Assembly: GCF_006345805.1 (NCBI RefSeq) | Contig: NC_043000.1 | Span: forward strand, 56,606,001 to 56,670,000 | Source of the DNA: Octopus sinensis | Lineage: Eukaryota | Direction of reading: 5' to 3' | Length of the DNA: 64,000 bases | In this document: in pieces, positions 27,961 through 40,864 of the stretch | Numbering within the stretch: the first letter of the stretch is position 1 | Layout of the letters: each line of letters begins with the position of its first letter | Program-made: the position numbers and the translations under genes | The notes under the pieces: model-generated | What the model saw: the letters and a program-made list of their open reading frames with translations, nothing else | Databases searched by the model: none | What the model was told of the DNA's origin: nothing

Positions 27961-28383
27961 AGATATACACCACCCAATATATACTCTTTGGTTATATTTT
28001 CCTCATATCAAATCATGTTGGATCTTTTTTTTTCTTTTTATCTCAAACATTATTTGATTAAAATATACAGAAAACACTTTTTTTTTTATCATTTCAGAAT
28101 AAAAAAAGAAATGTCTGTTTTATTTTCACTTTAAATTAAGATAGAATCAAATGAAACTGTAATGCTATAATAAATAAATAACTATATATATATATATATA
28201 TATATATTCACATACACACACATACATATATACACATGCACATACATATGTATACACACACATATGTGTGTGTGTTGAAATCTATGAAAAAGGAAAGAGA
28301 CCATGTTGACCCTTTTCAATATTTATCTTATTGTATTGTCCAACACTTCACTTTTTCCCCCCATGATTCTAAATTAAAAGATA

Positions 28384-28416
<33 letters not shown>

Positions 28417-28731
28417 GTGTGTATGTATGTATGTATGTATGTATGTATGTATGTATATATGTATGTATGTATGTACTCATGTATGTGTGTATGCGAAAAT
28501 GAACGGGAGAAAGTATGTGTGTGTATGCATGAATATGTGTGTACACATGTATGTGCATGTGTGATTATGTGGTTGTGTGGAGAAGAATAAATTTGTATGT
28601 TTTTGTCTATGCGTATGTTTTTGTCTATGCGTATGTGTGTTTACTTTTTGCTATGTATTTGATAGTAAATAAATGTGTGTGTTTGATAGCGTCTTTTGCG
28701 TGTATGCTTGAGGATCTTTATTGTTTATTTT

Positions 28732-28803
28732 TATGTATGTAAGGCTGTGTGCATGGCTATATATATATATATATATAGCAATGCACACAGCCTTACATAC
28801 ATA
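28732..28803. repeat. 72-bp near-perfect palindrome centred on (TA)6
   Basis: 30-nt arms, one mismatch (G/T). Confidence 0.9.
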
Positions 28804-28847
28804 CATAAAAATATACACACATACATAAAAATACATACATACATACA

Positions 28848-28883
<36 letters not shown>

Positions 28884-29070
28884 TATCACTGTGTTTGTTT
28901 GCATACCTTAAAGCAAAATTAAAAGTACATTGGATGCAGGTATGGCCAACTGGTTAATAAGTTTGCTTCACAAATTTGTAGTTTTTGATTGGAGTCTACT
29001 TTGCAGTATTTCATTCATTTGCAAAAGTCCTACAGAAAGGGTTTGTGAATGAAACAGAGTAAACAAAAAC

Positions 29071-29136
<66 letters not shown>

Positions 29137-29410
29137 GTATGTATGTATGTATGTATGTAAGTATGCATGCATGTATGTATGTATATATGTATGTATGTAT
29201 ATATGAATGTATGTATGTATGTATGTATGTATGTATTTATGTATGTATGTATGGGAGTCAGAGGTTTGATGTAAAATAGAAAACAACCCCTAACAAACAA
29301 TTGCTTTTGCCTTAGAAGCCTTATTACTTTCCTTTAGAAATTTGATACCTTTCAATGGTGTCTCATGTAGTTTGTTAGTTTTAACTCTCTGCATTCAACT
29401 TGTATTTTAG

Positions 29411-29500
29411 CGCACTGAACAGGAATATTATAATGTAGATATTTTAACAGAGGTGGATTCCCTATCAATCTCAACAATGAATATTCGCTTGTTTGACAAG
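29411..29500 (+). CDS. Possible plus-strand exon (phase 0-0): RTEQEYYNVDILTEVDSLSISTMNIRLFDK
   Basis: Acceptor TTGTATTTTAG, donor AAG|GTGAAT, 90 nt with a single open frame; no homology recognised, could be chance. Confidence 0.25.
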
Positions 29501-30959
29501 GTGAATTCTTACTCATGGAATTAATGTGTAAGTGGTTGAGTATTTCATAGATATATGTGTGGCCCTAATACAATTCTGTGGCCAGAAGCATATAACATGA
29601 TGTGACATAGCTAGTGTTTTGAATAACAAATGAATAAAAGAAAGAAGAGAGAGAGTGGGGGGAGAGAGAGACAAGACAGTAGGAAGAAAAGGAAAAAAGA
29701 GAAAGAAAGTTGTGAGTGTAAGAGAAAAGGTGGGAGGAAAAAAGAGGAGATAGAGAAGTGAGAGGGAAGACAAAGGGAAGGGAGAGAGAGAAGACAAAGA
29801 CAAGACAGGAAGAGGACAGAGGGAGAAAGTGAGAGCGAGAAAGAAGAGAAAGAAAAGAGAGAGATAAAAGGGAAAAGAGAGAGAGGGAGAAGAGAGAACA
29901 ATCCATGCCAATGTTAGGCTGACAGTTTGTTTCTCAACCAAAAGGATGAAAGACAAAGTTGTCTTCAAAGTTAACCTCTGTGGAATTTGAGAGCTGGTAA
30001 AAATACCACAAGCATTCTATCCAATGCTCTGGTGATTGTGGTTGATCCCTTACTTTTATACTGGAGTGAAACAAATGATAATGAATGAGTTGTTATATAC
30101 GGAGAAGAAAAGGGCATTTTGTTGCTTACATTACCATTCAGTGACACTTTTATTTGCAATGAGCCAATCAGGAAGCCTCAAGATAATTGCTTGACTTGCA
30201 AGAAATACCAGCCAGATTCCACCACCACCACCCCACCTGTACCCTTCCCTCTATTGTCCTTTAAAAACTGGATGGATATGCTGGACAATGTAATTCCAGA
30301 TATACATAAAAAGACAGGATGATCATAGCTGAGATGCTTTTGACCACATGCCTGGTTGATTGAGTCCAACTTGGCTCTAAACAGCAATAACAACGATGAC
30401 AACAACAATAACAACAACAGGATCAAAATCAACAACAACAACTTTCAGAAAGACAAATCAGTAATTCAATGCCTTGACTGATAAAATACCCACCAAAGTG
30501 TTATAGCACCATCTCTGAATCTCTCGGCTGGATCTAGGTAATCTTGCCTAAACTTTCCTTTTATTGGATGATCGTATCGAAAATCTATAATTTGTCATTT
30601 GGTAAGAGAGAGAAGGGAGCAGAAATCTTTACAGAAACATAACAGAATGGCAACAACAGCAACAAACAACAGTAGATTTGACCACATGATCCATGAGCAG
30701 ATAACCCATTGCTTTATCTAATACTTTATTCTGCAGAAGAAGCAGAATTATGTTAATATTGATATCCTTTCTGGTGGATTGACAGAATCAATAGAGTATC
30801 AGGAAAAAATCCCTTGCTGTATTTAGTTACAGCCCTTTAGATCTTGAGTTCAAATCCCACTGAAGTCAACTTTACTATTAATTTTTTCTATGTCAATGAA
30901 ATAAGGTACAATTAAATATTAGACTCGATTAAATTGATGGTACTCCTCCCTTATGAAGG

Positions 30960-31300
30960 TCATGGCTCAGTGCTTAGAGCACCGGGCTTACAGTCATGTC
31001 ATAGTGAGTTCAAATCCTGGACTGAGCTGTGTGTTGTGTTCTTGAGCAAGACACTTTATTTTACATTGCTCCAGTTCACTCAACTGTGGAATTGAATTGT
31101 GACATCACTGGTGCCAAGCTGTATCAGCCTTTGCCTTTCCCTTGGATAACATCAGTAGCATGGAGCAGGAAGGCTGGTATGCATGGGCGACTGCTGGTCT
31201 TTCATAAACAACCTTGCCTGGATTTGTACCTTGGAGGGTAACTTTCTAGGTGCATTCCCATGGTCATTCATGACCAAAGCAGGTCTTTGCCCTTACTCTT
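30960..31300 (+). mobile_element. tRNA-derived SINE, family B
   Basis: Shared body CACTGGTGCCAAGCTGTATCAGCCTTTGCCTTTCCCTTGGATAAC. Confidence 0.8.
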
Positions 31301-31628
31301 CCCTCAGATATGTAACCTTGTACTTATTAGAAATCAATGCTGATATTCTTTTATTCTTTGATTTGTTTACTGCTTTCAGTTATTAGACTGGAGTTATCCT
31401 TGGATACAGCATTTTCTAGAAATATTAATCAATTATATTGGTCTCAGTAATCAGTTTGGTACTCACACCATGAGCCTCTGAAGATGAAACAGCTTGGTTT
31501 ACCTGAGTTACTTCTCTTCAGAAAGTTAATCCTCTTTTATTAGAATTAATTAAATGTCACAAAGTATTTTGCTGACACTGGTATACACAGATATCCACAT
31601 GCTTTTTTTTTTTTGCTTCATGAATGAG

Positions 31629-31670
<42 letters not shown>

Positions 31671-32199
31671 TTAATATCCATAAATAAGAGAAAATACAAT
31701 CAGTACATACTGTATCACTGTATCAACCAGACTATCAGATGTTGTTATACACTGCTGGTCACAATGCACTTCCTTGCATTGTTGTAGCTTTCCAATGATG
31801 CTACCCCACTGGTTAGGCAGGCAGGCCATCATTCCCCCAATCAGAATACCAGTCCATCACAAGGTTACCCATTTATATATGAGTGGACTGGAGCAATGTA
31901 AAACAAAGTGTTTTGCTCAAGAACACAATGCATTACCAGGAACCAAAACCACAATCTTGCATCAGTGAGTGCAACACCCTCACCACTTGGCTACATGCCT
32001 TCACTAATACATACTGTAGGGTAAGATTACTTGTTTATACAGAGCTGGCACTTTACAGAACTACTACTGAGTTTACCCTGCTCTTTGCATTCATTCATAC
32101 GAAATTTTGTGAAAGTACATCATCATCATCATCATCATTTAACATCTGCTTTCCATGCTGGCATGGGTTGGACAGTTTGGCAAGGAGCTGGCTAGCAGG

Positions 32200-32510
32200 A
32201 AGCTGTTGTTTGTTCCTTCTCGAGCCATGCTTGGCTCATAAGGGCCGGTTTCCCGGTTTCCTTGGTATATAGGTTCCCCACTTGGATTGGACACTGGTCC
32301 ATCGCAGGTGAGCTGCAAGATGCAGGAGGAAAGAGTGAGAAAAAGTTGTGGTGAAAGAGTCAGCAGAAGTTCGCCATTACCTTCTGCCAGAGCCATGTGG
32401 AGCTTAGGTGTTTATCTCGTAAACACACATATCACCCAGTCTGAGATTCGAACCATCGATCCCTCAACCGCGAGTCCGCTGCTCTAACCACTAGGCCATG
32501 TGCCTCCACA
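32200..32510 (-). mobile_element. tRNA-derived SINE, family A
   Basis: Reverse-complement match to 22047-22352. Confidence 0.8.
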
Positions 32511-34552
32511 GGAAGCTGCCTAGACTCCAACTGTTTGTTGTGGTATGGTTTCTATGGCTGAATGTCCTTCCTAATGCTAACTACTTAACAGAGTGTGCTG
32601 GGTGCTTCTCACGTGCCACTGGCACAGGTGCACTTACATAGCACCAGCACAGGTGCTTCTCACGTGCCACTGGCACAGGTGCACTTACATAGCACCAGCA
32701 CAGGTGTATTAATACAGTACTGGCACTGGCACCTGAAAGGACAAGCCTGTATGTGTGGAAGATAGTGATTTTACCTGGCTTGACATGTCTTATCAAATAC
32801 AGCAAATCACCACCTCTCCCAGTCTCTTGTCATTTACTCAGTGAGGCCCAATGTCTGAAGATCCTTTCTCACCACTTTGTCCCACATCTTCATAGGTCTA
32901 CCCATTTCCACAGGTATCCTCCACAATTAGAGCTTGGCACTATCAAGAGCGAATTATAACAAGGTGGTTCACAAATGGAGTTAACAAGTCAACTTTGATA
33001 ATGTGATCACAATGATTCATAGGTTGACAGAAGAGTTTTATGTAAAGGTGGATCACTTCTAAATTATTTGTTGATGAGGTTTCCTTCAACTTTCAGGTGA
33101 TATTTTAAATGTGTTTTATAGTCAGCATAAATCACCACATGTTGCCATTACTTATATTGTGAGAATAACTAATTTGTTTGTAATTTAAATTGATCTAACA
33201 AATATGTGATTAGAGATGCAAGACTAAATTTTTTTCTTAAGCATGTCTAATTGAGTAAGTTTGTGTGTTAGTATTTTATATTTTTCTGTTGCACATAAAT
33301 AATATCCATTGTCCCATCAAATTTGGGGTTGACATTCCAACAATGCTCCATTTTCTGGTATCTTTTAGTTGCCACACACACACACACACACACACACATT
33401 GTCATCAAATAATCCTTAAGTCAAAAAAAAATATGCACTCTTATATTTGACAATGGAGTAGGTAAAATTAAGCAAAGTATACAGTATTATAGACCCATTA
33501 CAGCTGATCTTACCAATATTAATATACAAAGAAAGAGAAAAGAGAATGATGTTGACTTAAATTTTATTTCTCATTTTGAATGGATAGATATAAATCAGTA
33601 TATATCAGGTTTTAACATATTTTTTCTAAACATAAATACCATTTCAATAATGTTTTTGTACATCAGCACTTTGCACCAGCAACATTCATAAACATTTTCC
33701 AATTAGAAGACATTTTATGTTTCTACAGCTGTATGTATATATATATATTGTTGTGGTAGTAGAATGTTTCTGGGATTTTGGCTATATACAGTGGAAAATT
33801 TGAAAGCCTAAATTATCTAAACACCTATAGCTGATTTTTATGGAGTTCATGTTAAATATCTTGTGTTGTCTGTCTGAAACAGAGAGATACATTCTGGTCA
33901 GTGATAGAAATATAGTGCCATGTCTTTACATACAATTATACTCTATTGAAAGTTATACCAAATTATCTTCCTATATCTAAGAGTTATTTGAAATACTTCT
34001 GGTTGCCTTTAAATCCAGTTTGTGTAAAGGCTACATTTCATATATATAACAGGTTGTGAGATTGAGAAGTTTGTTTTCTAACCATAAAGGATCAGGTTCA
34101 GTCCCACTGCATGGCACCTTGAGCATGTTTATCTTACTAAAGCTGCAGGCCAACCAATGTCTTGTGAGTTGATTTGTTATGTGGCAACTGTGTAGAAGGA
34201 CATCATATATAGAAATATGTATGAATGTATATGTATGTTTATGAGTGTGACTACTAGGGTCTCTTTGTCTTGACATTATGTGATTGCTGTAAATGAATGT
34301 CATAAATTTCCTAAATTCTATGAAAATAAGTCTGGCTATTGAGATATATTACCTTACTTGGAAGCAGGTGAGGGTTGATGATAGAAAGAGCATCAAACTG
34401 TAGAAAATTTGCTTCAATAAACTTTATCTGCCCCATGCAAGCAGGGTGAAGTGGTCCTTAAAATGATAATGCTGATGCTGATGATATTATATATAATATA
34501 TATATATATATAATATTATATATATGTGTGTATGTATGTATATGTATGTATG

Positions 34553-34627
<75 letters not shown>

Positions 34628-34632
34628 GTATG

Positions 34633-34669
<37 letters not shown>

Positions 34670-35168
34670 GCATATATATATGTATGTATGCATGTATATG
34701 TGTGTGTGTATATATATATACATATATATATATATTAATTCAACTTAGACACATTTCCTATCTACCAAATTTTCTTCTTGAAGGATATAAGGAGGCAAGT
34801 GGGAAGGTAAGGAAAGCAGCAAAGCAGACTAACAAACATACAGGTAGGCAGACAGGCAGCTAGAAAGATAGACAGAAAGAGACATAGACATGCGAAATAT
34901 AATGTATCCATTAAGCTGATGGCATTGCAAAAATAACCTAATGTTTGTTGTAAAAAATTAACAAATAATATGATATAAATCCTCCTAGAAATATTTTTTT
35001 TTAAAGTTTCACAAACATTTTTTTTTTTTTTTCAGAAAAGTTTATAAAGATGACATATAACAAATAATAAAGGTAATTTCAATGTGAGACTATAATGCAT
35101 ACAGAAAATTATATATATATATATACACACCATACATACACATACCTATATAAATATATATATATATA

Positions 35169-35202
<34 letters not shown>

Positions 35203-35662
35203 ATGGTTATAAATAAACATTGTAAGTATAGGAGAATATTATATCTGTATTTCTCTATTTCACTCTTTTTTCTACCTGTTATTATTGCTGCCACAATTTC
35301 ACTCATTCACACACTCATATATATTTATATAAATGTATGTATTATGTATATGTGTCATGCTGGAGCACTGCCTTGAATAATTTTAGTCAAACAAATTGGC
35401 CCCAGTACTCAGTTTTTTTTAGTTTTTTAGAGCCTGGTAATTATTCTGTTGGTATCTATTGCTGAACCACTAACTTACAGGGACATCAACACAAACACCA
35501 GTTGTCAGGCAGCATCAGAGGATAAATACAGACACAAAGATACTCACACATACATATATATGGTGTGTGTGTGTGTGTGTGGTGTGTGTGTGTGTGTGGT
35601 GCGTGTGTGTGGCATGCGTGTAGTGTGTGTGTGTGTGTGCGTGTATATACACACACACACAC

Positions 35663-35689
<27 letters not shown>

Positions 35690-35697
<8 letters not shown>

Positions 35698-35856
35698 GAC
35701 AGGTTTCTTTCAGTTTCCTTCTGTCAAATCCACTTATAAGGCTTTGGTCAGCCCAAGGTTAAAGCAGAAGACACTTGCTCAAAGTATGTGGTTAGGAAGC
35801 AATATACTTACTACATAGCCATGCCTGTGCTTCTGTGTGTGTGTATGTGTGTGTGT

Positions 35857-35889
<33 letters not shown>

Positions 35890-36076
35890 AGTGTGTGTGT
35901 GTGATCACAACTATTCAATAGATGGTAACATGAAACTCTGAGCAACAGTTTGAGAAGAATTTTTGGGCTTTAATGAAAATCATATTACTCTACCTTCCGT
36001 ATTTGAGTACTATTCTTTTCCATCTTCTTTCACATTTATGAGCTTACTTATGTGTGTGTGTGTGTGTGTATATATA

Positions 36077-36112
<36 letters not shown>

Positions 36113-36271
36113 GACAGGTTTCTTTCAGTTTCCTTCTGTCAAATCCACTTATAAGGCTTTGGTCAGCCCAAGGTTAAAGCAGAAGACACTTGCTCAAAGT
36201 ATGTGGTTAGGAAGCAATATACTTACTACATAGCCATGCCTGTGCTTCTGTGTGTGTGTATGTGTGTGTGT

Positions 36272-36304
<33 letters not shown>

Positions 36305-36500
36305 AGTGTGTGTGTGTGATCACAACTATTCAATAGATGGTAACATGAAACTCTGAGCAACAGTTTGAGAAGAATTTTTGGGCTTTAATGAAAATCATAT
36401 TACTCTACCTTCCGTATTTGAGTACTATTCTTTTCCATCTTCTTTCACATTTATGAGCTTACTTATGTGTGTGTGTGTGTGTGTATATATATACATATAT
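35690..36500. repeat. Near-identical 415-bp tandem duplication
   Basis: GACAGGTTTCTTTCAG at 35698 and 36113; non-microsatellite parts look identical; bounded by (TA)n. Confidence 0.9.
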
Positions 36501-36509
36501 ATATATATA

Positions 36510-36842
36510 GGTGACCCCCTTCAGTCATGAATGACCATGGGATTGCGACTTGAAGGTTACCCTCCAAGGTCCAAGTCCAGGCAAGGTTGTTTATGGAAGG
36601 CCAGTAGTTGCCTATGCATACCCCCCTCCCTTCTCCATGCCACAGATGTTATCCAAGGGAAAGGCAAAGGATGATACAGCTTGGCACCAGTGATGTCACA
36701 ATTCAATTCTACAGCTGAGTGAACTGGAGCAACGTGAAATAGTGCCTTGTTCAAGAACACAACACACAGCCTGGTCCGGGAATGAAACTCACAACCTCAC
36801 GATTATAAGCTTGACACTCTAACCACTGAGCCATGTGCCTTC
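36510..36842 (-). mobile_element. tRNA-derived SINE, family B
   Basis: Head ATGGCTCAGTGGTTAGAGTG..; body matches 30960-31300 and 42955-43275. Confidence 0.8.
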
Positions 36843-36884
36843 ACATATATATATATATATATATGTATGTATATATATATATGC

Positions 36885-37090
36885 ATAACGCCATGTTAGA
36901 TCGTTAGCTCCTACACGCATTCTTTTTCTCTCCTTGTTTTTTTCTCTGTGTATCTTTCTGTCGAAGAGCGTAGGCTCGAAACGTAAAAGACTTGTTCTAT
37001 TTCTATTCCTGAGTGCCATACTAATACATTTGTTTGTTTGTACTCCACCTGCCTTCGTCTTTTGTTTATTTTCGTAAACCTTCCCGTTAT
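36885..37090 (+). mobile_element. Penelope-like element terminal-repeat remnant
   Basis: GAAGAGC..GCTCGAAACGT motif typical of PLE repeats, T-rich 3' part, bounded by (TA)n. Confidence 0.55.
36953..36990 (+). ncRNA. Minimal type I hammerhead-ribozyme-like motif with atypical core (A6U) in a Penelope-like remnant
   Basis: TCTTT / CTGTCGA / A / GAGC-GTAG-GCTC / GAAA-CGT-A / AAAGA: stem I 5 bp, stem II 4 bp, palindromic ACGT stem III. Confidence 0.55.
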
Positions 37091-37479
37091 ATGTATATAA
37101 GTGTATATATATTCATATGAGTATATATATATATGCATATAAATATGTATATATCTTCTTAAAATGAGGTTTAAACATACATACATGTACATACTTATAT
37201 GTGTGTTCATGCATGCATGTGTGTAATGTATGTCTGTGTGTGTACATGGTGTATGTCCATGCTAAAGACATAACCAATAGGTATAAAGAAAATGAACGGT
37301 AATCTTCAAGTATTGTGTCCATGTTTTAAGTGTGGCAACACCCAAATTATTTGTTTTGTGTTACACGTCAAAAACAAAAACAAATAAAAACAAAAATTTT
37401 TTAAAAACAAAACCAACAACTTGTAACTACTCCAAAGTACGAAGAATTGACAGCTTCAGCAACTTTGGCAATGGCAGTG

Positions 37480-37567
37480 TCAGCCAGTGTTGTGGTAGGT
37501 AGTTCCCCAGGGGATGGAGCAGTGTTGTTCGAGACAAGAGTTGGTAGCATGTCGCCTCAGGTTGCAA
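37480..37567 (-). CDS. Probable terminal coding exon (phase 2: S-CNLRRHATNSCLEQHCSIPWGTTYHNTG-stop) followed by a T-rich 3' UTR-like tract
   Basis: Acceptor T-run+ACATTAG at 37568; GC-richer non-repetitive segment 37430-37567; no strong donor; frame chosen by compatibility with the 43586 exon (phase 0 would stop at 37427). Confidence 0.5.
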
Positions 37568-37859
37568 CTAATGTAAAAAAAAAAAAAGTCAATAAACTAC
37601 ACATAAATTTACTTGGTGGAAAACATTTGTCATGATTCGGCAAATATCTAATAATATAAAGGCCCCAAGGATGTGTAAAAGGGGTAGGGGAGGGGGACAC
37701 AGACATAAAAGCAAAACAAAATTAGAGAGGGGGAGAGACAGACAGGAAAACAGCGTGGAGCTGGAAGGTGATTGGGTGAGGTGGGTGGGTGGGTGGGTGA
37801 GGTTGTGGTGGTGGTGGTGGTAAGTGGAGAAGAAAATTTATAACCTTGAGGCTAGTAAT

Positions 37860-38345
37860 TCTGAAAAGAGTGAGGAAAAAATTGGAGAGAGAGCAAAGCA
37901 TAACAGAGAGAGATAGAGTAAGCATAGTAGAGAGAGAGAGAGAGAGCAAAACAGAGAGAGAGAGCATAATAGAGAGAGAGAGCATAAGAGAGAGCGAGAG
38001 CATAATAGAGAGAGAAAGAGAGAGCATAACAGAGAGAGATAGCAAGTGCAAGAGAGGGAGAGCATAACAGAGAGAGGTAGAAAGTGTAAGAGAGAGAGAG
38101 CAAGTGTAAAAGAGAGAGAGAGAGAGTATAAGAGAGAGAAAGCATGAGAGAGAGAGAGAAAGCATGAAAGAGAGAGAGCAAGTATAAAAGATAAAAATCA
38201 AGTATAAGAGAGAGAGCAAGTATAAAAGAGAGAGAGGGAAAGAGAGAGAACAAGCGTAATAAAGAGAGAAATACAGAGAGATAGAAAGAACGAATGCATT
38301 ATCAAAGTTGTCTGAGTAGGAGAAGAAGGAGAGATGAAGAGAAAC
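37860..38345 (+). repeat. Purine-rich degenerate minisatellite (AGAGAGAGAGCATAA-like)
   Basis: Recurrent (AG)n + GCATAA/GTATAA/GTGTAA units. Confidence 0.85.
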
Positions 38346-38691
38346 TGTTAGTAATTCAGAAGAGAAAAAGACAAAGAAGAAACACATTACCAGGTGAGGA
38401 TGATAAAAAATGACTCCATCTCACCATCACATCCGAAACAAAGAGAGATAGAAAGAAGGGGAGGGAAAGGTGGAAAGAGAAGGCAAGAAAGAAGGGGGTG
38501 AATAAATGACATGCCACCACTATCCGGTCTTTGTGTGTTTAGACAAGTGCTCCAAGACCTTTTTTCAGTTGCAGTACACTTATATTCTTTTCAAAATTCG
38601 GTGTCACACCTGAACTAACAATATAACTAAAAGTATAGGGGAAAAAAATTATATTCAGGTTACACTGTGGCACACCTACTATGACAATTAA

Positions 38692-38871
38692 TCCTTTAGC
38701 ATTGCTTTGAATTAGTCTTGCTTTATCTTGTAGCTTTGAGATTTTGATGAGGTAACTGTTAATTTTTAAAATGATATTGTAGGGTTGGTGTGAGAGGCCA
38801 GATCTGACTAGTTTGAACATAAAACAGGTAGAATATTTTGGCCAGATATGGCTGGTTTAAATGCTAAAGGG
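38692..38871. mobile_element. piggyBac-like MITE
   Basis: TTAA|TCCTTTAGCATT ... AATGCTAAAGGG|TTAC. Confidence 0.7.
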
Positions 38872-40282
38872 TTACTTGATGTGTGGATAAGGGAGGTACA
38901 GGAAAGGATAACCATGGAGATGATTGGAAGAGAGAGAATAGAAAAAGATTCACTACCAAGTGGAAGAGAGAAAATTTTATTTGCTTTCCTCACTGAGTTA
39001 TAAGAAAAATGAGAGCAGGACAAGCTAAAAGTATGACAATATCTAAATTGAACTTCATTTTTTAAAAGAGAACGTGCTTAGCTAGAGAAAAATACTCCCT
39101 TCTACTATAAGCACACGGCTTGAAATTTTAATGAGATTGACCACCAAAAGAATGAAGGTAAAATTGACATTCATGGAATTTGAACTCAGAACAGAAAGAC
39201 TGACAGAATCCCACTAAGTTATAATACCGTATAACACAATTTTTGTACTTGGATAGCAACTGTTGTTTTCTGTTTGTTTACCCCTAGAAAATATGAAAAA
39301 TGGCTAATAATTCCTTCAAACTTTGCTTTTGTTACATTTATTCAAACCCAAAGAAACCCTCTCAACACATGGCTATGACACTCTCCCACTATTCCTGCTC
39401 ATGATGAGAGATGTGCATTTTGTAAGGGACATGCTCAAGTGGTTAAGCTTAAACAACTGACAAGCAAATCTGTGATATTGAGCAGAATGATTACCATAAC
39501 GATATTTCTGCTTCAGCAACTCAGCACTGAATTTGTCTGAAATGTAATGGAAAGTAGGTCAGTTTTAAAACATTGATGTCCAGATCACAAAAGCAGAGTT
39601 TGGAGGGAAGAGAAATCATTTCCTTTGATCTCTAGATAAAAGCAAACAGCTAAATAACACTTACTGACAAAAGACAAAAAACATTCAAATTTTGTTACAC
39701 AGTGTAATATATGTTATCATACTGGAAACATTTAGCAATTGATTAAATTGACACCAGTACTTGACCATACATTATTTTATCAACCACAGAAGGATGAACA
39801 GCAAAGCTGATTAATTCTTTCAAATGCAGCAGCAAGTGAAGTCAATCACAAACAAACAAAGTAGCTTCTTTGTTATATATTTTTTCTCCCCATTTCTCAA
39901 ATGTAAAATGGCGTAACTACCTCAGTAATCTCTTCCTACCATCGGTAACATGTTTTTACCATGTTCCTGATGAATTACATTGCCTTGTTTCAATTAATTT
40001 TGAAAATTATGAAGAATTTAGTAAACTGTGTCATTATTAATCTGGTGTCTGGAACATAAATTAAACATGAAACTTTGATGGAAGGTTTAAATTCAAATCG
40101 CTTTAAAACGGGAAGTTTATGGCAACGGACTAAGGACAATCAATAGCATCAAAAAAGTTCAAATGAGTTTTAATCCTTTTGTTGTAATATTTCTGTTAAA
40201 AATAAAGAGCTTTTGTTTCAAATGATTTTTAAAATAACAAAGGAGTTTGGTGAAAATTATTATCAAGTTAGTGTCTGGAATA

Positions 40283-40500
40283 TAATTTGGCTTCAAATTT
40301 TGGCACAAGGCCAGTAATTTCATGAGAGAGGGTAAGTCAATTACATTGATCCCAGTGCTCAACTGGTACTTATTTCATCAACCCCAAAAAGGATGAAAAG
40401 TAAAGTTGACCTTGTTGGAATTTGAACCCAGAACATAAAGACAGACTCAATGCTGCTAAGCATTTTGCCCAGCATGCTAACGAACCTGCCAGCTTGCCAA
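40283..40500 (-). mobile_element. SINE family E
   Basis: Aligns with 2017-2227. Confidence 0.75.
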
Positions 40501-40833
40501 CAGAACATGAATATGTTTGGAACATAAATTAATATGAAATGCTTGAGAAAGGTTTTAATTTAGGCCATTTTAATTCAGACCACACACACACACACATATG
40601 CACACATACACACACATTTGAGCAAAGCAATAGTGACGTTTGCATTTCAAAGATCTGTGAAATAAAGTATCCCTTACTTGAAGAACATGTATGGTGACAG
40701 GTAGAGCATCCAGCCATAGAAATTCTTCTCAAAATCAACTCCTGTCCAATTTATGCTTACATGGAAAAACATAAACAATGTATACATATGCACCCAAATT
40801 ATACATACATATATACATAAACACATTCATACA

Positions 40834-40864
<31 letters not shown>

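Noticed and set aside
35036-35072. Plus-strand segment with strong acceptor (T-run CAG) and donor AAG|GTAATT
   Set aside because: All three frames contain stops; at most a non-coding exon.
37783-37797. (GGGT)4 G-quadruplex motif; a similar C-rich tract at 22833-22858
   Set aside because: Simple-repeat context, with nothing indicating function.
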